DNA of 64,000 nucleotides, taken from NCBI GenBank assembly GCA_965153355.1, contig OZ231126.1, positions 12,896,001 to 12,960,000 on the forward strand, read 5' to 3'. Under the pieces are notes generated by a model. It was given only the letters and a program-made list of their open reading frames with translations, was not told where the DNA came from and ran no database searches. Both the position numbers and the translations under genes were made by a program. The stretch is from Flaccisagitta enflata (taxonomy: Eukaryota). Shown piece after piece: positions 14,900 to 52,796 of the stretch (positions are counted from its first letter, which is position 1; every line of letters starts with the position of its first letter).

Positions 14900-15281
14900 C
14901 AGTGGTATTACAGTGAGAGGGACAGTCAAAATCGCTAGCATCTCTACCCACAGCTTTGATGGTCAATACCACACTGGCATCAAAGTTGGCGGCCGATAGC
15001 TCATCCTAATACAGTTCCCGCCATTGAGGCGACTCCCCATTCACCCTATTTCTCGAGATATAGCCCTTTTAAGTGTGGAAATCAGTATTCTTCAGTGTTC
15101 AGAGTATTAGTTTTAGCCCTTTTATGACCACTCTCTCGGGATTTAGAAGGAAATTCGCAAAACGCCTCGATGCCTCGGTATGCTTTCGACCGCCACCTTA
15201 GTTGTCCATGTGATTTTGACCATCCATGTTGTGGGTAGGGGCGCTAGCGACTTTGCTGTCCCTCGCGATGTATTATCATTG
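14900..15281. mobile_element. Old MITE-like inverted-repeat element
   Basis: 14900-15000 is the diverged reverse complement of ~15180-15281 (gagggacag...cgctagc...ctacccaca); no clear TSD. Confidence 0.55.
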
Positions 15282-15548
15282 CAATTGTATTTTGTTTCAT
15301 TCGAACGCGACCGCGAAGAAAGGAACAAGCTCAACCAAAAAAATTGGTGTTGTCGCCACGTTTGAAAGAAAGGAAAGAAAAAAGAAGTCGCTCTGGTGTG
15401 CCTTTTTTTGGTGTGGGCGTGGCTGGCCTGCGCCCATTCGGGAGATAAACAGTGTGTGTGCGTGTGTGTATGCGTGTGTGTGTGTGTGGGGGGGTGTCTA
15501 TGCGTGTGTGTGGGGGGTGCTGTATGTGTATGTGGTTTGTGTGTGTGT

Positions 15549-15637
<89 letters not shown>

Positions 15638-15647
15638 TGTGATAGTC

Positions 15648-15766
<119 letters not shown>

Positions 15767-16198
15767 AGAGAAAGGGAGAGAAAAAAAAAGAGAGAGTATG
15801 AATATGAAAAGAAGGGGGCTACAGATTAAAATCACATTAGTCACGAAGAAACGCCATCCCACGACGCCAATGTTGACGACGACGATAGCGACGACAGCGA
15901 CGACATCGATGACGACAATGTCGACGACAACGACGACACTCCTATAGTATTGATCAGTAAAAGTAGAAGGGAGACGACGTTGATGACGACGACGATGACG
16001 ACGACGACTTGGACGACGCCGAGGATGAGCGTCGATGTGATGACAGGGTTAAAAAATAGTCTTTGCGAGTCTCATCAAGGCTTAACCTCCTCGCGGCCGC
16101 CCCGCGCCCTCGATCGCGGCCTCTATTCGCGGCTCCCAAACCCCAAAGACACGCCAACCGCAGGAAATTCTAAGTCATTAGGGGCCTTGGTGGTCATT

Positions 16199-16397
<199 letters not shown>

Positions 16398-16540
16398 GTT
16401 ATTTAGACGGAGACGAAGGCTTACAGATGGGCAAGCACACAGGCAGGCAGAAAACACGGTTTTTACACGGGCAGGCAGATACGACAGAGAGGCAGACAGA
16501 TATACATAAAGATAGTCTTGTCCAGCCCGGATATGAAAAA

Positions 16541-16726
16541 AACAAGGCCGGGAACACGGCTACCGAAGTCGCGTGCGGGTGGGCAGGGGCCATATTTGAG
16601 GTCACTAGACCATTTGGGCATGAGCAGTGAGGTCCAAAAGACAAAATCTTAAAAAAAGTTAAGTGTGACCGACCGACCGACCGACCGACAAAGCGGGGTG
16701 TAGAGTCGCGAGCACGCGACTAAAAA
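16541..16726. mobile_element. DINE-1/HINE-like family-1 element
   Basis: aacaaggccgg...cggc end, subterminal agtcgcg repeats, (gacc)n core and agtcgcgagcacgcgactaaaaa hairpin end. Confidence 0.7.
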
Positions 16727-17376
16727 CGGTCCAGTGCAGAATTTCACTATATTCAAAATGTTGAAATTGTCAGGTCCTTATCAATCAACGACTCATGACG
16801 AAGAGGCGATGCTTGCGGTCGTGGAAAGATCTTTACTTAGAACTGTATATTGTGGAGTTAAAACCGGGGATGAGTAGGCTGTTTAGCTTTCAATTTGATA
16901 AGTCGACGCAAAATGAGCGAGGAATCGTACGTAGAAGCTGAGGAAAAGAGGCCGGATCCTGGACCTTGGGAAGTCGCTTGCGAGTGGGCAGGCGCAATAG
17001 CGGATGTGGGAAGGGGTGTTATTGTGGTGGAGGGGGGGGCTGTGGCGCGACTGAGCAGTGGCAGTAATGATCAGAAAATATGATTTCGGTCGATCTCTCG
17101 TCATCCAAAAGTTGGTTTTATCATCTTTTGGACGAACCTACCAACCTACCTACCCACCTATCTGCCGACCAACCTACCTACATACCTACCTACCTACCTA
17201 CCTGTAGACCTATCTTCGGTCACACCTTTTTCTGGAGCTGTTTAGCGGGCTTTAGCCGATGTGGCAGGGACGGAACCAAAATGGAACACTTTCCAAACCA
17301 CGATTCATGGCGGCGGTCTTGTTTTGTCGATGACGTGAACTGAAATGTTCTTTCTGAATGAAACAATTGTACAAGT

Positions 17377-19350
17377 AGGCTTCTAACACGCGCCAACTCA
17401 GAGCAATTGAGGGAGAGAAAAAAGTTGTCAGAAATTTTAATGTCCGTTGACCCCAGCATATCTGCTACAAAACTTAAGAAAATATCATTACTTTTATCAG
17501 ACTTTGCTTAATTTATCACAGAGTCAGTCCACAATAGTTTTTTTGGCGATGAAAATAGTAATAACTAACAGAAAATAAAAAGATGCTTATAAAAGCTCGT
17601 TTTGACCAAAATCATAGAACCGTGTGGTCATGTTCGCCCATATGCCTTGTAGATTAAGCTTTGCTGATTCTAAATCTGTTTTTAAAAATCTCCTGCGATA
17701 TGGCGGAGAATGGCGAGAGGCGAAACCGTGAACCATTTTCATTAGAGGTACAGTAGATGTCGTCTAGACTTGGAAATACGGGGGAGCTCATAATGTGAGC
17801 ATCAGTATAATGAGGGGACTGATATTTTGCTGATATAGTGTATAGACCCTAATGGGTTGAAAATGGGGTATGGCATCCCCCTAGGGCTTACCCTAGGAAA
17901 AAACATTAAGTATAAAATTTTAGGATCAATCTCTTTTTTTTGCAGAATTTCAGCTTCATCCATTTGCTTAAAGCGCAAAACCAGTCTGAGATTCGAACCT
18001 GGAACCTTTGACTCAATAAACTGATCAAAATGAACCTGAAGTAAAGTGAGTAAACCACAAGACCAATTCCAGAAGCTGATTTGACCAAGCAAATTTGATT
18101 TAGTATATCTAAAAGAATTTTCTATTAACAGAGCTGCCATACCCCATTGTCAACCCTATAGGACAGAAGCATTATACATACACAATTTCATTTCATTTGC
18201 ACAAAAAGTAATAAGGATATGAGGGCCCCCGTATTTCCAAGTATAGACGACATCTACTGTAGGATGCAAGTGATTCATGCATCGCATTCGCGTTGCTAGT
18301 CATGCATTGTGTTTGCGTTTCTAGTCATGGTTCTTAATTTTATTTGATGTAGAAAAGATTTAAATCTATATAAATTAAAAGTTGCTCTATTGCTTGAATA
18401 TATTGACTACTCTCATTTTTCAACTTGTGACTTGACATCATCAGGACTTCATTTTTCAATGTTCTAACCTAGCTCATTAGAAAAGGCAAAAAAATTTTCA
18501 ATAATTTTGAAAAAAATCAACCCCATCGGACTATTTTTAAAGGTTTTATGCCTGTTTTAATGTTCGCAAAGATTTTAATTTACATAATTATTCTTTTTGA
18601 AAAATAACTGTAAAACCTGTAAGAATAGTCCAGTTGAACTAATTTTTTTTCTTCAAAATTATATAAAATTTTTAGCTCAATCTGATGGCTTGGGTTAGAA
18701 TGTTCAAAAATGAAGTCCTAATGAGGTCAAGTCACAAGTTGAAGAATGAGAAAAGCTAACATATCCAAGCAAAGAAACAACTTTTAATCCGCATAGATTT
18801 GAATTTCTTTAGTCGCGTGCTATGCGACTCCACCCTGCTTTATAAGTCGGTCCGTCTGTTGGTCACACTTTACTTTTTTTATGATTTTTATTTTTGGACC
18901 TCACCACTCCTGCCCAAATGGTCAAGTGACCTCTAATACGGCCCCTGCCCACCTGCATGCGACTTTGGTAGCCGTATATCCAGCCTTGTTTATAAATAGA
19001 ATGAAATTAAAATACCTAAAATCTATCCTCCAGTCTAGGTCATCTTTGCTCCCATCGAACTGTAGCTGTGGTTATTTTTCACAAAACAATGCTGCATTCT
19101 CCCTGGCTGAGATGGTTGCCAAGTTTAAATTCACCATTTCCTTGGGATGACTTTTTTGGTCACATGTGAATTAGATGATTTAACGTGTTTAGTCGCGTGC
19201 ACGCGACTCTACAACCCGCTCTGTCCGTCTGTTGGTCAGTCCGTACGTTGGTTGGTCTGTCACACTATGCTTTTTTGGGCATTTACTGCTCCTGCCCAAC
19301 TGCTTGGTTGGTCTCTTTCATCACTGCCCACTGCTCTGGATCTCCACCGC
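17377..19350. repeat. Composite ~2 kb segment repeated at ~22849-24890
   Basis: Shared blocks in the same order (ctaacacgcgccaactcagagc..., tgattcatgcatcgc..., ctaaaatctatcctccagtctagg..., HINE tail) with different nested insertions. Confidence 0.8.
17751..18259. mobile_element. Tc1/mariner-type MITE
   Basis: TIR cagtagatgtcgtctagacttggaaatacggggg with TA on both flanks. Confidence 0.85.
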
Positions 19351-21748
19351 TAACTTTAAACTAGGATTACTGCCACTTTTTTCATGGTTTCTGGTGGTCC
19401 AGCCCATGTATAATCCATGCCAAAAGGTTTCAAAATAATTCCAAGAGCGCCTTTTTTTTATTTCTAATTTTTTTCTGGGTGGTTGGTACAGGCCATAAAA
19501 CTTTCCCTCTTTTGGACAATGTCTCTTGTTTTGCTTATAACTTTTAAACGCTTAAAGTTAGAAATGCCAGATTGGTCCCATTTGAAAGATCTTTTCACGA
19601 TCTTTCCAACTGTCACCAATTTTTTTGAAATCCATTGAAAAACAACCAAGTTATAAGCTGTCAAACATGAGCAATGTTATGGAGATTTTGGACGATTTTC
19701 CAGTTCATTGAATTTTTCTTCCATTCTCTTTATTTCACTTGTTTTGCTCATAACTTTTGAACGAATAAAGCTAGAAATGCCAGATTAGTCCCATTTTAAA
19801 GAACTTTTCAAGATCTTTCAAACCGTCACCAATTTTATGTCAATCCCTTGAAAAACCACCTCTTTATAGGCTGTCAAACATAAGCATTGTCAAGGGGATT
19901 TTAAAAGATTTCCCACCATCAGTTTTTTCATGGTCTTATCCTGTTTTTACATGCATTCTCGAATTTCTGCAAAGGGCTTTGTCTCTTGGCTAGTCTGTTG
20001 ATTTTTCCAATGGTCAATCTGTCCCACTGTCGGTTCATCTATCAGGGAGATTGTGAAACATTGCAAAAAAACGAGCAGAAACATCCTCCTTTTTTGGGCA
20101 GCAGCCCCAAAAGACCGATGTCTTGTAAAACACGGGGGGAATTTCCAGACATCTGTCCTTCCATCTATCCTTCTATCCCCCCTTTGTCATCTTATCACCT
20201 TTTACCGTTGAAAACGCAACACCCACATTAAACCAAAAATGTGTTTAAAATTGAACAGAGCTACATGCTAGTTGACTTTACCCAAACTGACTGGCTTATA
20301 CGCACGCCACTCATGGTTTTCCATAACACTGAAACTGAAAGACTTCCTTTTGGGCAGCAGCTCCGAAGGGGTTGATGACCTATGCTTTTACACATGGGGA
20401 GTTTTCTCCTCAAATTACAGTCTTGACTTGACTTGAGGCCCAAATTTTAGCCTGAAGGCCCAAATCCTTGCCTGGAGGCCCAGATCCCCGCCTTGAAGCC
20501 CAAATCTTAGCCTCGAGGTCCCAATCCCACCCAAGAGACCCAGATCCCAACCTCAAAACTATGAAAGAGGCTTAGTCTGTCTGTCCTCCATCGGTTCATC
20601 CATTATGCTTGAGTTAAAAGTGCAAAAATGCACATTCTTAAATGAAATTGCAGTTGTGATAATCTCTTTGTGTGTTTGTGCCAAAAAGGTTACTTTTTAC
20701 AGTTTTGAAATTGCAAAAAATTGAAGTTTTGTAACTGCAAAAAAATGAAGTTTTGAAACTGCAGAAAAATGAAGTTTTGAAACTGCAAAAAATTGAAGTT
20801 CTGAAACCTCAAGAAATTGAAGCTAAGAAACGGCTAATTCATATTTCATAATTTCATTGCCACTTTTTCCCAGTTCCAAAACAGTAAAAACTAGCTGGCT
20901 TGAGGTGAGAAAAAAATGATATTTTAGACATATTCTCAAAAGCCCTTTTTATGCAGTTTTGATACACCCAAAAAAAGCCGTTTTAAAACGGCAAGTATGC
21001 CTGCATTTTTAAACCCCAGATAACTGCCACTAAAGGACATTGTTGTATGCATAAATGGTTTTTTGGTCGTTCTGAAACTGTTGCATACTAGATGTTTTGA
21101 GACGTCGTTCCCTTATTTGGGACAAAAACGCAATAAGAACGCCGACGAAATACCTGACTAGGTTACCATGCACCAGCAGCCCATTACCTTTCACTGGGCC
21201 TTTCCTTTCCACCTCTTCCACCTCTTGATTCACCCTCACATCCTCACCACCGCCTTTTCCTGGACCACCCACTTTGAAAAAGGTCGCCCGCACAAACATA
21301 AAATCACTTTCAATTCAAATCCAACAAACGCAGATTGAAAATTTGTTAGGCAATGAAATTATTTAGGATAAAATTATGCCGCCTCAGGAGCGCAACGGGT
21401 GCCCAGAATGTCTAAAGTGTTAGACCAACGTCGCGTGCGTCGGCAATCTCAGAAAAAGTGAGAGAGTCAAACAGGCAGTCAGACAGACCGATAGACAGAC
21501 ATACAGACAGACAGACAGACAGACAGACAGATAGTCAGACAGACCGATAGACAGATAGACAGACTAAAATCTTTTAAAAGGCCTTTGAATTAGCTATCTA
21601 TTGTTACGTTCAGAAAGAAAAAAAAACGCGGCAAAAGCCTGCAAAACAACATCGTGACGGACAAGCCAATGGACAGACCCAAGGATCGTCGGACCGACAG
21701 ACTGAAAAGTGGCTTATAGAGTCGGGAAGCATGTGACCTAAATGCAAA

Positions 21749-21868
<120 letters not shown>

Positions 21869-23206
21869 AACAGACAGACATGAAGAGAGAGATAGAAAGA
21901 TAGAAACACACTGAGACTGAGAGACAAAGACGGTGACAGAGAAAGAGAAACAGAGACAGTTAAAGAGATAGAGAGACAGATAGTGAAAGAAGCCGAGTAT
22001 AAAGAGAAAATTCGTCCTCACACAGGATGATCGTAAACTTCAAATATGTGTGAGAAAAGGTATTGTTTAATCATAAGAAGAAGTAAGAGTGAGAGGGGCC
22101 AATATGATGACACATACACAAACAAAGATGCAGGGATCGAAAAATAGTATTGTTTAATTATGCAAAGGTTGATTTCTTAGAAGTGAGAGTCAAAGGGACA
22201 GTGACAGTCGAAGTGAGAGTCTTAGAGGCAAGAGCCGTATTAGAGTGATACAAAGGCGAATTCAAACACAGACAAAGACACAGACGCAGCTACATGCACA
22301 GACACAGACACAGACACAGCAAAAAGTTTTGAACAATCATTTCAAGTTTGATGACAAACGTGGAAATTACAACATGACAACATTGGTCATTCCAAGTTGC
22401 TTTAAATTTGATTAGTTAACTTTTGAACAGTCTTGTGATAATTTCTGAAGAGGGAATATTTCTTAAGAAATTTAAAGGCTTGTTATGATGGGTCAGAGCT
22501 CCAAGGCTCTTGTCCTTATTCTAGATATTGTAGAGTAGTAATGTTGTCCAACTTTCATACTACCATGGTTAATAGTCGCAAAAGCGTTAGATAGTAAGCG
22601 GTACCCGTTACCCCTGTAAGTGTGTGGATGTGTGATGGTGAGAGGGGTAGCGGCCCCAAAGGGGCCAATGACCTATGCTGTTTTTATTGTTTGATATTGT
22701 TTAATATTATTTTTCTTTTGCAAAAGATGCCCCTTAGTTTGTGAATATGAGAATGAAGTGGTGTTCTTATATAGTTAGTTTGTTGGATGGTTGGCAATTA
22801 GCCAAGTGACGGGTCTCAAGGCTGCAATTTGGGCCTATAGGCTATATAGGCTACTAACACGCGCCAACTCAGAGCAATTGAGGGAGAGAAAAAGGTTGTC
22901 AGAAATTTTAATGTCCGTTGACCCCAGCATATCTGCTGCAAAACTTTTAAAAAATATCATTATTTTTATCAGACTTTGCTAAATTTATCACAGAGTCAGT
23001 CCACAGTACTTTTTTTGGCGATGAAAATAGTTATAATTAACAGAAATTAAAAAGATGCTTATAAAACCCCGTTTTGACCAAAATCAGAGAACCGTGTGGT
23101 CATGTTCGCCCATATGCCTTGTAGATTAAGCTTTGCTGATTCTAAATCTGTTTTTAAAAATCTCCTGCTATATGGCGGGAAATGACAGAGGCAAAAGCAC
23201 CTCCTT

Positions 23207-23831
23207 TGTTGGCCAGCGGCCTCAAAGTGGTCGATGACCAATGCTTTCACACACATCGGGGATTTTCTCCTTCTTCTTCTCCTTCATCTTCTCCTTCATA
23301 CCCCCCGTCCCCCAGTCTCCAGACCCATGTCTCAGCCTAGAGGCCCAAATTTCAGCTTCGAGGCCTGAATCCCAGTCTTGAGGCCCAAATCCCTCGAGCC
23401 TCTCAAGGCCCAAATCCTAGCCTCAAGGCTCAAATCCTAGCCTGGAGGCCCGATTAGTCTTGAAGTCTCAAATCTCAGCCTCCCAACATCAAAATTCAGC
23501 CAAGAGGCTCCAGATCCCACCTTTGAGCTCAATCTCAGCCTCCAGGTTAGGATTTGGGTCTTGAGGCTAGATTTGGGCCTGGGAGGCTGGGATTTGGCCC
23601 CAAGACTGATTGGGCCCCGAGACTGGAATTTGGCCTGAGACTGGGATTTGAGGGGGAGGGATGGAGGAGGAGAAGGAGGAGGGCTGAGAAGCGAGTAAAC
23701 TTCATATGCGTGAAAGCACAGGTCATCGACCCCTCGGGGCCGCCGCGTGCCCTGCTACCCTCAACTTCAACCACAACCTACTTAGGCAGGGCACGGGTAC
23801 CGCTGACCATCTAACGCTTTTGCGACTATTC
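23207..23831. mobile_element. HINE-like family-2 element(s) with internal minisatellite
   Basis: Inverted gcggcc...gatgacc...tgctttcac / gtgaaagca...ggtcatcg...ggccgc segments and cagggcacgggtaccgctgaccatctaacgcttttgcgact tail. Related copies at ~5041-5302, 20095-20560, 25655-26246, 59400-60097, 60215-60715, 60741-61715, 62425-62935 and 63790-64000. Confidence 0.7.
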
Positions 23832-23962
23832 ATTAAAGGTAGGAGAATAAATATTGCCATGGAATCGACGCGTAGAACTGACGCAAATGATTCATGCATC
23901 GCACCCGCGCTGCTATCATGCATTGCGCTTATGTTTCTAGTCATGGATCAGAATAATAGTTA

Positions 23963-24556
23963 CAGTACTTCCATTAGAGAAAGATGACCTAGACTGGGAG
24001 GACAGACTTTAAGATCTTAATTTATCGATGATAAAAGATTTAAATTCATATTTTACAAAATGTGCTCTATCGCTGAATATACGATCTTCATTTTTCATCT
24101 CTGTGATTCTAGAGACTGTGACTTCATTTTTCAATGTTTTAACTCAGCCTATTGCATTGAGCGTAAAATCCTTTATATAATTTTAAAATAAGATTTAACC
24201 AAACTGACTATTTTTACATATTGATATTTCGTTTAATGCTTCATAAAATACTAATTTATATAATTTATTTTCTCTGAAAAATAACTATAAAACTCGTAAA
24301 ATAAATTAATATTTTGTTTTTTTATTGTATGTAATTTTTTAATGATCTTATTTGGCCTTGTTAGAATGTTGAATAATGGTGCTCCAATGAGGTCAAGGTT
24401 TATAAGTTGGAAGAATGCTATGCGCCAATTACATTCAAACAAAGTTGTAAACAACTTTTAATCAGCATAGATTTTAAAATTTATTATAAATAAAATGAAA
24501 TCAAAATACCTAAAATCTATCCTCCAGTCTAGGTCGTCTTTGCTCCCATCGTACTG
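23963..24556. mobile_element. Tc1/mariner-type MITE
   Basis: TA-CAGTAC...GTACTG-TA termini, TIR includes agatgacctagactgg(g)agga; left-truncated relative at ~18330-19062. Confidence 0.7.
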
Positions 24557-26589
24557 TAGCTGTGGTTATTTTTCACAGAACAATGTTGCATTCTCGCTGG
24601 CTGAGATGGTTGCCAAGTTTAAATTCAACGTTTCCTTGGGTTGATTTTTTTGGTCAACATGTAAATTAGATGATTAAACCACGTTTTTAGTTGCGTGCAC
24701 ACGACTCTACAACCCGCTCTGTCCGTCTGTCGGTCCGTCCGTCCGTTGGTCGGTCCGTCACACTATGCTTTTTTGGCATTTACTGGCGGTTTTGAGGTTA
24801 TTGCTCCTGCCCAACTGCTTGGTTGGTCAATTTCATCACTGCCCCTGCCTACCCGCACGCAACTAGGGTAGCCTTGTATCCGGCCTTGTTATTTTCTTTT
24901 TGCAATAATGATTTTTTTTTTTCAGTTTTGCATATTTTGTGGGTAAAATAGAAAATTAAGTGAATTTACTTTAGGTACAGTGACGTCTTATTTTCTTTTT
25001 AGTTGTGTGCTTTTTTATCACAATATTCACTTTTTAGTCAGATGGTCAGACAGTTACCGCCCCTGCCCACCCGCACATGACTATGTTTGCTGTTTATTCG
25101 GCACTCATGCAGAGTTTGAATGTGCCCCTATAAAAAAATCATTTAAGTCTCGGTCTGTGTGTCTGTCTCTGTCTGTCTGTCTCTGTCTGTCTGTCTCTGT
25201 CTGTCTGTCTCTGCCTGTCTCAGACTGTTTCTGTATCTCTCTGTCTCTCTCTGTCTCTCTGATGAAGTTATGTGTAGATATTTGACCTATCAAAAGAAGT
25301 TTTAGATTTGGTACAAAATGAGACTATTACACTCATGTTTCGACTCTCTAGCATTCTGACTCGTGCCAGCGTGTCAGCCAGTATCAAAATTAGTCACCTG
25401 GCAAGGTTTTTCTGTGCGGGCGCACATATTGAGGCAATTTGAAACTCGGTATGGCCCAATTTTTTCGAGGAAAAAAAAGTGCCAGAAAACGATTGGTGGA
25501 TTCCACTCACATTCAGTTACATAGGGGCCATGAAAATTATCCATAGTGTCATTTTTGGTTCTAATTATCAAAATACATGTAATTACGAGTCAATCCATGT
25601 GCGCAAACGGATTTTTGACCATTTTAGCCGTTCTCGATTGAGTACCCTACTATAGATTAAGATTTGGGCCTTGGAGGCCGCAATTTGAGCTTGGAGGCAG
25701 GAATTGGGGCCATGTGGCCGGATATTTAGCCTCAAGGCTGGATTCTGGGCTGTGAGGCTCGATTCTGAGCCTTGAGGCTGGATTTCAAGCTTTGAGGCTG
25801 GAATTTGAGGCTCGAAGCTGGAATATGAGCCTCACGGTTGGAATTTGAGCCTCGAGGCTGGAATTTGAGCCTCGAGGCTGGAATTTGAGCCTCGAGGCTG
25901 GATTTTTTGGCTTAAACGATAGATTTGAGAGTCAAGGGGGTGGATAGAGAAGCAGGAGAAGAGGAAGAAGTGGAGAAGCTGGAAAGGCTGGATTCTGGGC
26001 TTCAAGGCTCAATTTTGAGCTGGAATTTGAGCCTCAAGGCTTGAATTTGAGCCTTGAAGCTGGAATTTGAGCTTCAAAGCTGGAATATGAGCCTCGAGGC
26101 CGACAATTGAGCCTCTAGGCTAGATTTTGGGCTTTAAGGCTGGTCGAGGGGGTGGACGGAGAAGGAGGAGGAGAAGGAGAAGGAGGAGAATTTTCTCCTG
26201 TGTGAAAGCATAGGTCATCGGCCCCTTCGGGGCCGCTGCCCAAAAACCGTAGTAGAAGCATTGGCAGCGGCAGCGGCAGTGGCAGTGGCAGTCTGAAGAT
26301 CTCTTAATTCTGCATTGAAAAGATGGAGGCCGGAAGTCATTTACAACCATTTAAAACCGTGTAATAAACTCAGATATCGATTTAAAGACAACACAAACAA
26401 CGGGAGAGCTAGCGCTAGCAGCAGTAAGATTCTGACCTGCCACCGTACAAACCGATAGATTGAACAGGCGACTGAGGATGTCGTCACAGAATACCAATGA
26501 ATAACGAAAACTGTATGACAATGTGGAATAAAGCTAACGACGGAATTCATGACAAACGCGAGGAGAAACGGAGGATCGTAAAATACTGA

Positions 26590-26820
26590 AACAAGGCCGG
26601 ATACACGGCCGCCGAAGTCGCGTGCGGGTGGGCAGGGGCCGTGCGGGTGGGCAGGGGCCGTATTTGAGGTCACTAGACCATTTGGGCAGGAGCGGTGAGG
26701 TAAAAAAAGTAAAACGCATAAAAAAAGTAAAATGGGGATCGACCAACCGACCGACCAACCGACCAACCGACCGACGGACGGACAAAGCGGGGTATAGAGT
26801 CGCGTGCACGCGACTAAAAA
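26590..26820. mobile_element. DINE-1/HINE-like family-1 element (best-preserved copy)
   Basis: Stem-loop ggccggatacacggcc, subterminal inverted agtcgcgtgc/gcacgcgact, (gacc/gacg)n core, A/T-run ends, no TSD. Other copies at ~6605, 9370, 18808, 19188, 21640, 24684, 35915, 39749, 51530, 53662, 55780 and 58565. Confidence 0.75.
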
Positions 26821-27181
26821 CGAGGCTTTTCTTAAGTTTGGGAAAAAACGAAAGCGCAGAAAGGAGGTCTTGGAACTAATCACATCCTGGCCACCCTTTC
26901 CAAATCCTTCCCTACCGCAACCCCCGCGTTCGTTCCCCCCCCCCCCACCGTCCCGCATTTCATTAGTAAGTTATGTATGACGACTGCAGAAGGGAGAAAG
27001 GCAACTACCTGAGAAAACAAAGAGATCTCGTAATATCTTTGTAAAAAAAAAGCCAAGAAAAAAGAGAGAGTAGAATAAAAAGCCTTCAACATAAAAAGCA
27101 GAATGAGAGAAACGATTTTGTAGACTAAAACATGCATAATGTATTAAGGAGGCGTTATTAAGAAGAAAGTAAGAAAGAGGT

Positions 27182-28430
<1,249 letters not shown>

Positions 28431-28644
28431 AACCGATGAAAGATGAGCCGATAACGGGGAAGTTGGAGACAAAGCCCAAAACGAAGAATAGAGTTATGTG
28501 TGGGAATGAGAGTAAAACGCCACAAGTTTTCTCTTTGTGTTTCTTTCTCACCCTTTTTCCGTCTGTTAACATCTGTCTGTCTATCTGATTGACTGTTTGT
28601 CTTGCTGTCTGTCTGACGGTCTATCTGTCTTCCGTTTTTATCCC

Positions 28645-28711
<67 letters not shown>

Positions 28712-29719
28712 GTGTCCGTTTGCTACATCTCTATCTGTCTGTCTCTTTGTTGTTTTGGCATGAGTCTCTGTTGGTTTCACTAAAATATAATCCGAGATGC
28801 CACGGCTAAAGAATGACATACTTATTTCAATGCAGACAAAAGTTTTTATTCAATTTCAAGTTAATGTTTCAAGAAATAAATTCAATGGGAAGTGGGAACA
28901 CATCATTTTTGCTGTTGCAATTAGGATTAACATTTCCATGAAGAAACTTATTAAACAAAATTCATTTTCACACAAAAAGAAGTACAAATTATTGCCTACG
29001 ACTGACGCATGCACAAATGGTTGAAGGAAACATGATATAGATTCAATGACGGAAATGTCGAAATAAAAACGAACTTCACATATAAGATGGGAATTAGGGA
29101 AGGTCAATTAGGTCATGACAAAATATTTTTACTAAAACATAATCATGGCATTATGTAAAAAGATAAGTTGGTTGGCTCGAAGCGCAAATTCATTTTTTAT
29201 TTCTTATCTATTCTTACATTCGTAACTCATAATGTCGTACAAGTTAAGACTTTTTTGGTGCACCAATTGTACAAACAACATTTTTGATTTTGACTCAGGA
29301 TGTTTGTTTTTTTTTCCTCAATTTTTTGGTTACATTACACGATACATTTTCATGCCATAACAAAGAAATTAAGTTCATCAATCATATAAATAAAATCAGT
29401 TTTGGTCATTTTATGGTTAATCAACAAATAAAGATTGTTACACATACATGAGGCAAATGATGATGAGCATTGTGACGGTGACAATGGCAAAATATGATAT
29501 AATTTTGACAATTTGACAAATTTTTTTAACACAAATGACGATTTAAATCAAAGATGAGAGTGACTAGAAAATACGGAACGATGAGCGGGTTAGAATTATG
29601 AAAAGTACGAGTAGGAGAAGGAAGAGGAAGAGATGAAAAATGTGGGGAATTGATTCAGGTCATTGGGAAGTTGTGTCGCCAAATTCACATTGCAAAACAC
29701 CTGAGCCATACTAAAGCGA

Positions 29720-29800
<81 letters not shown>

Positions 29801-31135
29801 CTTTGCTCTCCCTTATATATCCATGTGATACTCTTTCTATATCGCAATCAAGTCATTTTTTCCCATGCCGTGAATTGACGACTTGTGGAGCAATGAAGAG
29901 GTTGACACATGGAGAAGGAGGAGGAAGAGAAGGAAGAGGAGGAGGAAGAAGAGAAGGAGGAGAAAGGGGAGGATGAGGAGGAAGAGAGGGAGCAATGAAG
30001 AGGTTGACACTTGGCCGGGACTCGTGCCAAATCAACTCTCAACACTCAAACACTCAGTTCAATCGTTTGAGCTGCACAGTGCAATGATGGCACAGTGATC
30101 TAGATTCCAAAGTAAGTAAGAAGATTTTTTTACCTCCTCTATTTCTTTGCTTAAACTTTTTTTTAATGAAACTCATATGAGAATTCAAAACACACGCCCT
30201 CTCCTGTCAGTAAAATGTTACTAGAATTGCACCTATATCCCTCAATCACTGTTACTTAACCATGTTTAAAACATGACCTTTTACAAACAGTTCTGGTTGA
30301 CTGTGCTATCATAGTTGTCGACAGATGATGAAAATCCATTGCAAATTTGCAAATCAGCCAACCAAGGTTGATAAGGAGAAGAAGAAGGGGAGGGAGTAGA
30401 AGGAGGAGTAGAAGGAGAAAGAGGAGAAGGTGGAATGACGGTTTATTGGCGCGGCTCAACGTGAAAAAAAAAATAAGAAAGGGGGTGGCTTAAGCAAGGA
30501 AAGAGGGACGAGAGGTGACTTACAAGGAGTTGGAAGATGAAGATGGTGCATGAGTGGTGGAAGAAGTGGTGCATGTGTGTACAGAATGTTGTGACTGGCG
30601 AGAGACTTAAAGCTGGCTACAGCAGCTCTTGTGGCTGTGGTCACTGTGGTGGCTCTGAAGCCTCTGGTAGCTCTAATTGCTGTGGAGGCTTCAGCGGCTC
30701 CGATAGCCCTTGTGGCTATGGTGTCCCTGGTGGCTGTCACAGTGGAGAAATGAGATGCGTTGAAGTGAGTAGAAAAGTATATAAAGAATGACTTAAAATG
30801 GGCTCTAATATGAAAGGAAAAAATGGTTTAGAGTTGTGTCTTAGAATCAGAATGAGAGCATGTTTAGAACGTGTTTCAGAATTGAATGATTTTGAGAAAT
30901 GAGAGAAAAAAAGCAATTTGAGATCCTTTCATGTCTGTTTATACAAAGAAAAGCACCTATAGGAATTTCTCTTCCCCCCCCCCAGCGTCGGCCTTTACTT
31001 TCACTTTCCCATTCTTATCCTTACAAATAGTTAAGATGAAAATATAAACAACAAGAATTCAACACCTGTCGGGCAGAGAGCCAAAAAATAATATTCCTAA
31101 TCACATTCCAATCTGTAGAAATTGCTACAATCATT

Positions 31136-52796
<21,661 letters not shown>

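Noticed and set aside
30537-30791. Cys/Gly-rich 84-aa ORF resembling a metallothionein or keratin-associated protein
   Set aside because: Explained by a degenerate 9-bp periodic repeat in the Irx 3' flank; no gene structure.
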